Source of the DNA: Candidatus Saccharimonadota bacterium
Lineage (GTDB): Bacteria; Pseudomonadota; Gammaproteobacteria; Enterobacterales; Enterobacteriaceae
Reading direction: 5' to 3'
Assembly (NCBI RefSeq): GCF_012562765.1
Contig: NZ_CP046226.1
Location: 60,001 to 92,000, forward strand
DNA length: 32,000 nt
The notes beneath the pieces were generated by a model that ran no database searches, was not told the DNA's origin, and was given only the letters and a program-made list of their open reading frames with translations. The translations under genes and the position numbers were made by a program. Positions 29,619-32,000 of the stretch are shown here, in pieces. Numbering within the stretch: the stretch's first letter is position 1; every line of letters begins with the position of its first letter.

Positions 29619-30615
29619 ATGAATAATAATTCATTATTAAATATACAAAAAAAAAAAAATAGCTGCTATTTTTCCAGGTCAAGGATGTCAGTTTATTGGA
29701 ATGTTATCAGATTTATTTAATAATAATTTAATTATTAAAAAAATTTTTCAAGAAGCATCTAATATTTTAAAATATGATTTATGGAATTTAATTCAAAAAG
29801 GTCCTCTAAAAACATTAAATATAACTTATTATACTCAACCTGCTATATTAATATCATCTTTTGCAATATATAAATTATGGTTACAAAAAAATAATATAAT
29901 ACCTAATATTATGGCTGGTCATAGTTTAGGTGAATATACTGCTATGTTATGTAGTAATGTTATTAATTTTTATGATGCTATACAATTAGTTAATTATAGA
30001 GGTAAATTAATGCAAGAAATATCTTATTCTTTAAAAGAAAATAATATGGATGGATATTTTATGCAAGTTATTTTAGGTTTAAACAAAAATTTAGTTCAAA
30101 AAATTTGTAAACAAGAAGCAAAAAATAATATAGTTAATATTTCTAATTATAATACATATAATCAAGTTACAATTAGTGGGAATAAAAAAGCTATATTAAG
30201 AGTTGTTAAAATATGTAAATTATTAGGTGCTCATAATATACCATTATATATTAATACACCTGCACATTGTTTATTAATGAAACCAATAGTAAATAAATTT
30301 AAAAAATTTTTAAAAAATATTAAATTTAATCATCCTAAAATTCCTATTATTAATACCCTTGATATAAAATGTGAAACATCTCCAAAAAAAATAAAATATA
30401 ATTTAATACGTCAATTATATAATCCAGTAAATTGGGTTAAATGTATAGAATATATATCAAATAAAAATATAAATAATTTATTAGAATTTGGTCCTAAAAA
30501 TATATTAGCAAAAATAACTAAACAAATTATTAATAATTTAGATGTTATTTCAATAAACAATTCTAAAACATTATCTATTGCATTAAAAAAATATAATAAT
30601 ATGAGAAAAATATGA
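29619..30615 (+). CDS. fabD: Malonyl-CoA:ACP transacylase, with the reading frame interrupted inside an A15 tract near the 5' end
   Basis: The intact ORF 29701..30615 carries GHSLGEY (active-site Ser) and is collinear with E. coli FabD. The conserved N-terminal IAAIFPGQGCQFIGM is encoded in the same frame at 29659..29700 but has no start codon. A start (TTG 29613 or ATG 29619, with AGGA at 29601) exists only in another frame that enters the A15 run. See findings. Confidence 0.85.
29645..29659 (+). repeat. Homopolymeric A15 tract at the fabD frameshift site
   Basis: Counted directly: ...atac + 15 A + tagctgct.... It is the longest homopolymer I found in the window. Confidence 0.95.
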
Positions 30616-31349
30616 ATTTAAAAGGAAAATTAGCTTTAGTTACAGGAGCTAATCGTGGTATAGGATATTATATTTCTAATACTTTAGCAAATTATGGTGC
30701 TAAAGTTATTGGAACATCTAAAAGTATTCATGGTGTAAAAATTATAAATAAATATTTAGGTCAAAAAGGTATTGGTTTAATATTAGATTTAATAAATAAT
30801 TCTGGATCTATTAAAAATTTCTTAAATAACATTCATCATAAATTTGGAAATATAGATATATTAGTAAATAATGCTGGTATTACTTCTGATAATCTTCTAA
30901 TAAAAATGAAGGAGAGTGAATGGAATAATGTTTTAATAACGAATTTAACTTCTGTTTTTATATTATCAAAAGAAGTTATTCGTTATATGTTAAAAAAATC
31001 ATTTGGACGTATTATTACTATAGGATCTATAATAGGATCTATAGGTAATATAGGACAAGTAAATTATGCAGCATCAAAATCAGGTTTAATAGGATTTAGT
31101 AAATCTTTAGCTTTAGAAGTAGCACATAAAGGAGTTACTGTTAATATTATATCTCCTGGATTTATTGAAACTGATATGACTAATAAACTTTCAAAACATA
31201 CAAAAAATAATATTTTATCTAAAATACCTTTTAAACGTTTTGGTAAACCACAAGAAATAGCTGATGCTGTAGCATTTTTAGCTTCTGATAAAGCATCGTA
31301 TATTACAGGAGAAACAATACATGTTAATGGTGGCTTGTATATGCCTTAA
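30612..31349 (+). CDS. fabG: 3-oxoacyl-[acyl-carrier-protein] reductase
   Basis: 245-aa ORF with TGANRGIG, NNAG, the catalytic YAASKSG (YxxxK) and C-terminal GETIHVNGGLYM. Its ATG overlaps the fabD TGA (ATGA). Confidence 0.96.
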   Translation: MNLKGKLALVTGANRGIGYYISNTLANYGAKVIGTSKSIHGVKIINKYLGQKGIGLILDLINNSGSIKNFLNNIHHKFGNIDILVNNAGITSDNLLIKMKESEWNNVLITNLTSVFILSKEVIRYMLKKSFGRIITIGSIIGSIGNIGQVNYAASKSGLIGFSKSLALEVAHKGVTVNIISPGFIETDMTNKLSKHTKNNILSKIPFKRFGKPQEIADAVAFLASDKASYITGETIHVNGGLYMP

Positions 31350-31453
31350 ATGAGTATAATTTTATTATATAAATTATATTAGATCTTTGAAATAAATTTT
31401 TTATTTTTAATAAAGATACTAATAAGTAATAAATCTTTTTCAGAATTTGATAA

Positions 31454-31738
<285 letters not shown>

Positions 31739-31743
31739 ATAAC

Positions 31744-31790
31744 ATCAAAGGATGAATCAAAATATTAAATTCATCCTTTGATTATTATTA
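31744..31790 (+). terminator. Rho-independent terminator or attenuator hairpin downstream of acpP
   Basis: A perfect 14-bp inverted repeat, ATCAAAGGATGAAT (31744..31757) and ATTCATCCTTTGAT (31769..31782), with 4 G:C pairs and an 11-nt loop. It is followed by the T-rich TATTATTA. It starts 6 nt after the acpP stop and precedes fabF. Confidence 0.6.
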
Positions 31791-31815
31791 AAAATAATTT
31801 TATATTATAAAAAAT

Positions 31816-32000
31816 ATGTTAAAACGTAGAGTAGTTATTACTGGTATAGGTCTTATTACTCCTATAGGAAATACAGTAAAAATTAGTTGGAATAATGTTA
31901 TAAATGGAAATAGTGGTATTAATTTGATTAAAGATTTTGATACAAGCAAATATACTACTAAATTTGCAGGACTAATAAAAAATTTTTCTTGTAAAGATTT
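31816..32000 (+). CDS. fabF: 3-oxoacyl-[acyl-carrier-protein] synthase II (5' partial, runs off the window)
   Basis: My hand translation MLKRRVVITGIGLITPIGNTVKISWNNVINGNSGINLIKDFDTSKYTTKFAGLIKNFSCKD aligns with E. coli FabF [61 protein letters not shown]. It follows acpP, as in E. coli. Confidence 0.9.
   Translation, partial: MLKRRVVITGIGLITPIGNTVKISWNNVINGNSGINLIKDFDTSKYTTKFAGLIKNFSCKD

Overview
This window is an extremely A+T-rich (about 80% by eye), gene-dense stretch from a reduced gammaproteobacterial (Enterobacterales-derived) genome. It resembles a Buchnera- or Wigglesworthia-type insect endosymbiont, but I cannot name the organism from sequence alone. Every long ORF matches a well-known E. 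coli housekeeping gene. In order: dapA, glyS, glyQ, fieF, pfkA, rplY, dapB, lspA, ileS, rpsT, erpA, gpmA, pta, ackA, tRNA-Cys(GCA), tRNA-Leu(UAA), cvpA, truA, dacA, lipB, lipA, cspE, fabI, pntA, pntB, rne, rluC, rpmF (missed by the ORF track), fabD, fabG, acpP and the 5' end of fabF. The layout is a mosaic of conserved E. coli synteny blocks with the intervening genes deleted. I found no rRNA, CRISPR array, transposase, integrase, phage gene or orphan protein, and no evidence of a novel accessory or defence system. The points most worth a second look are listed here. (1) The fabD reading frame is broken inside an A15 tract, the longest homopolymer I found in the window, which makes it a candidate for rescue by transcriptional slippage. 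(2) The C-terminal scaffold of RNase E has decayed to K/N/I low complexity, yet it ends in a G+C-richer 20-residue motif resembling the E. coli PNPase-binding tail. (3) The lipA/cspE spacer holds relatively G+C-rich inverted and direct repeats. (4) cspE is a near-E. coli-identical, G+C-richer island with a structured leader. (5) The two tRNA genes differ in whether CCA is encoded. Stop codons are TAA throughout, except the fabD TGA inside the ATGA overlap with fabG. The standard genetic code applies.
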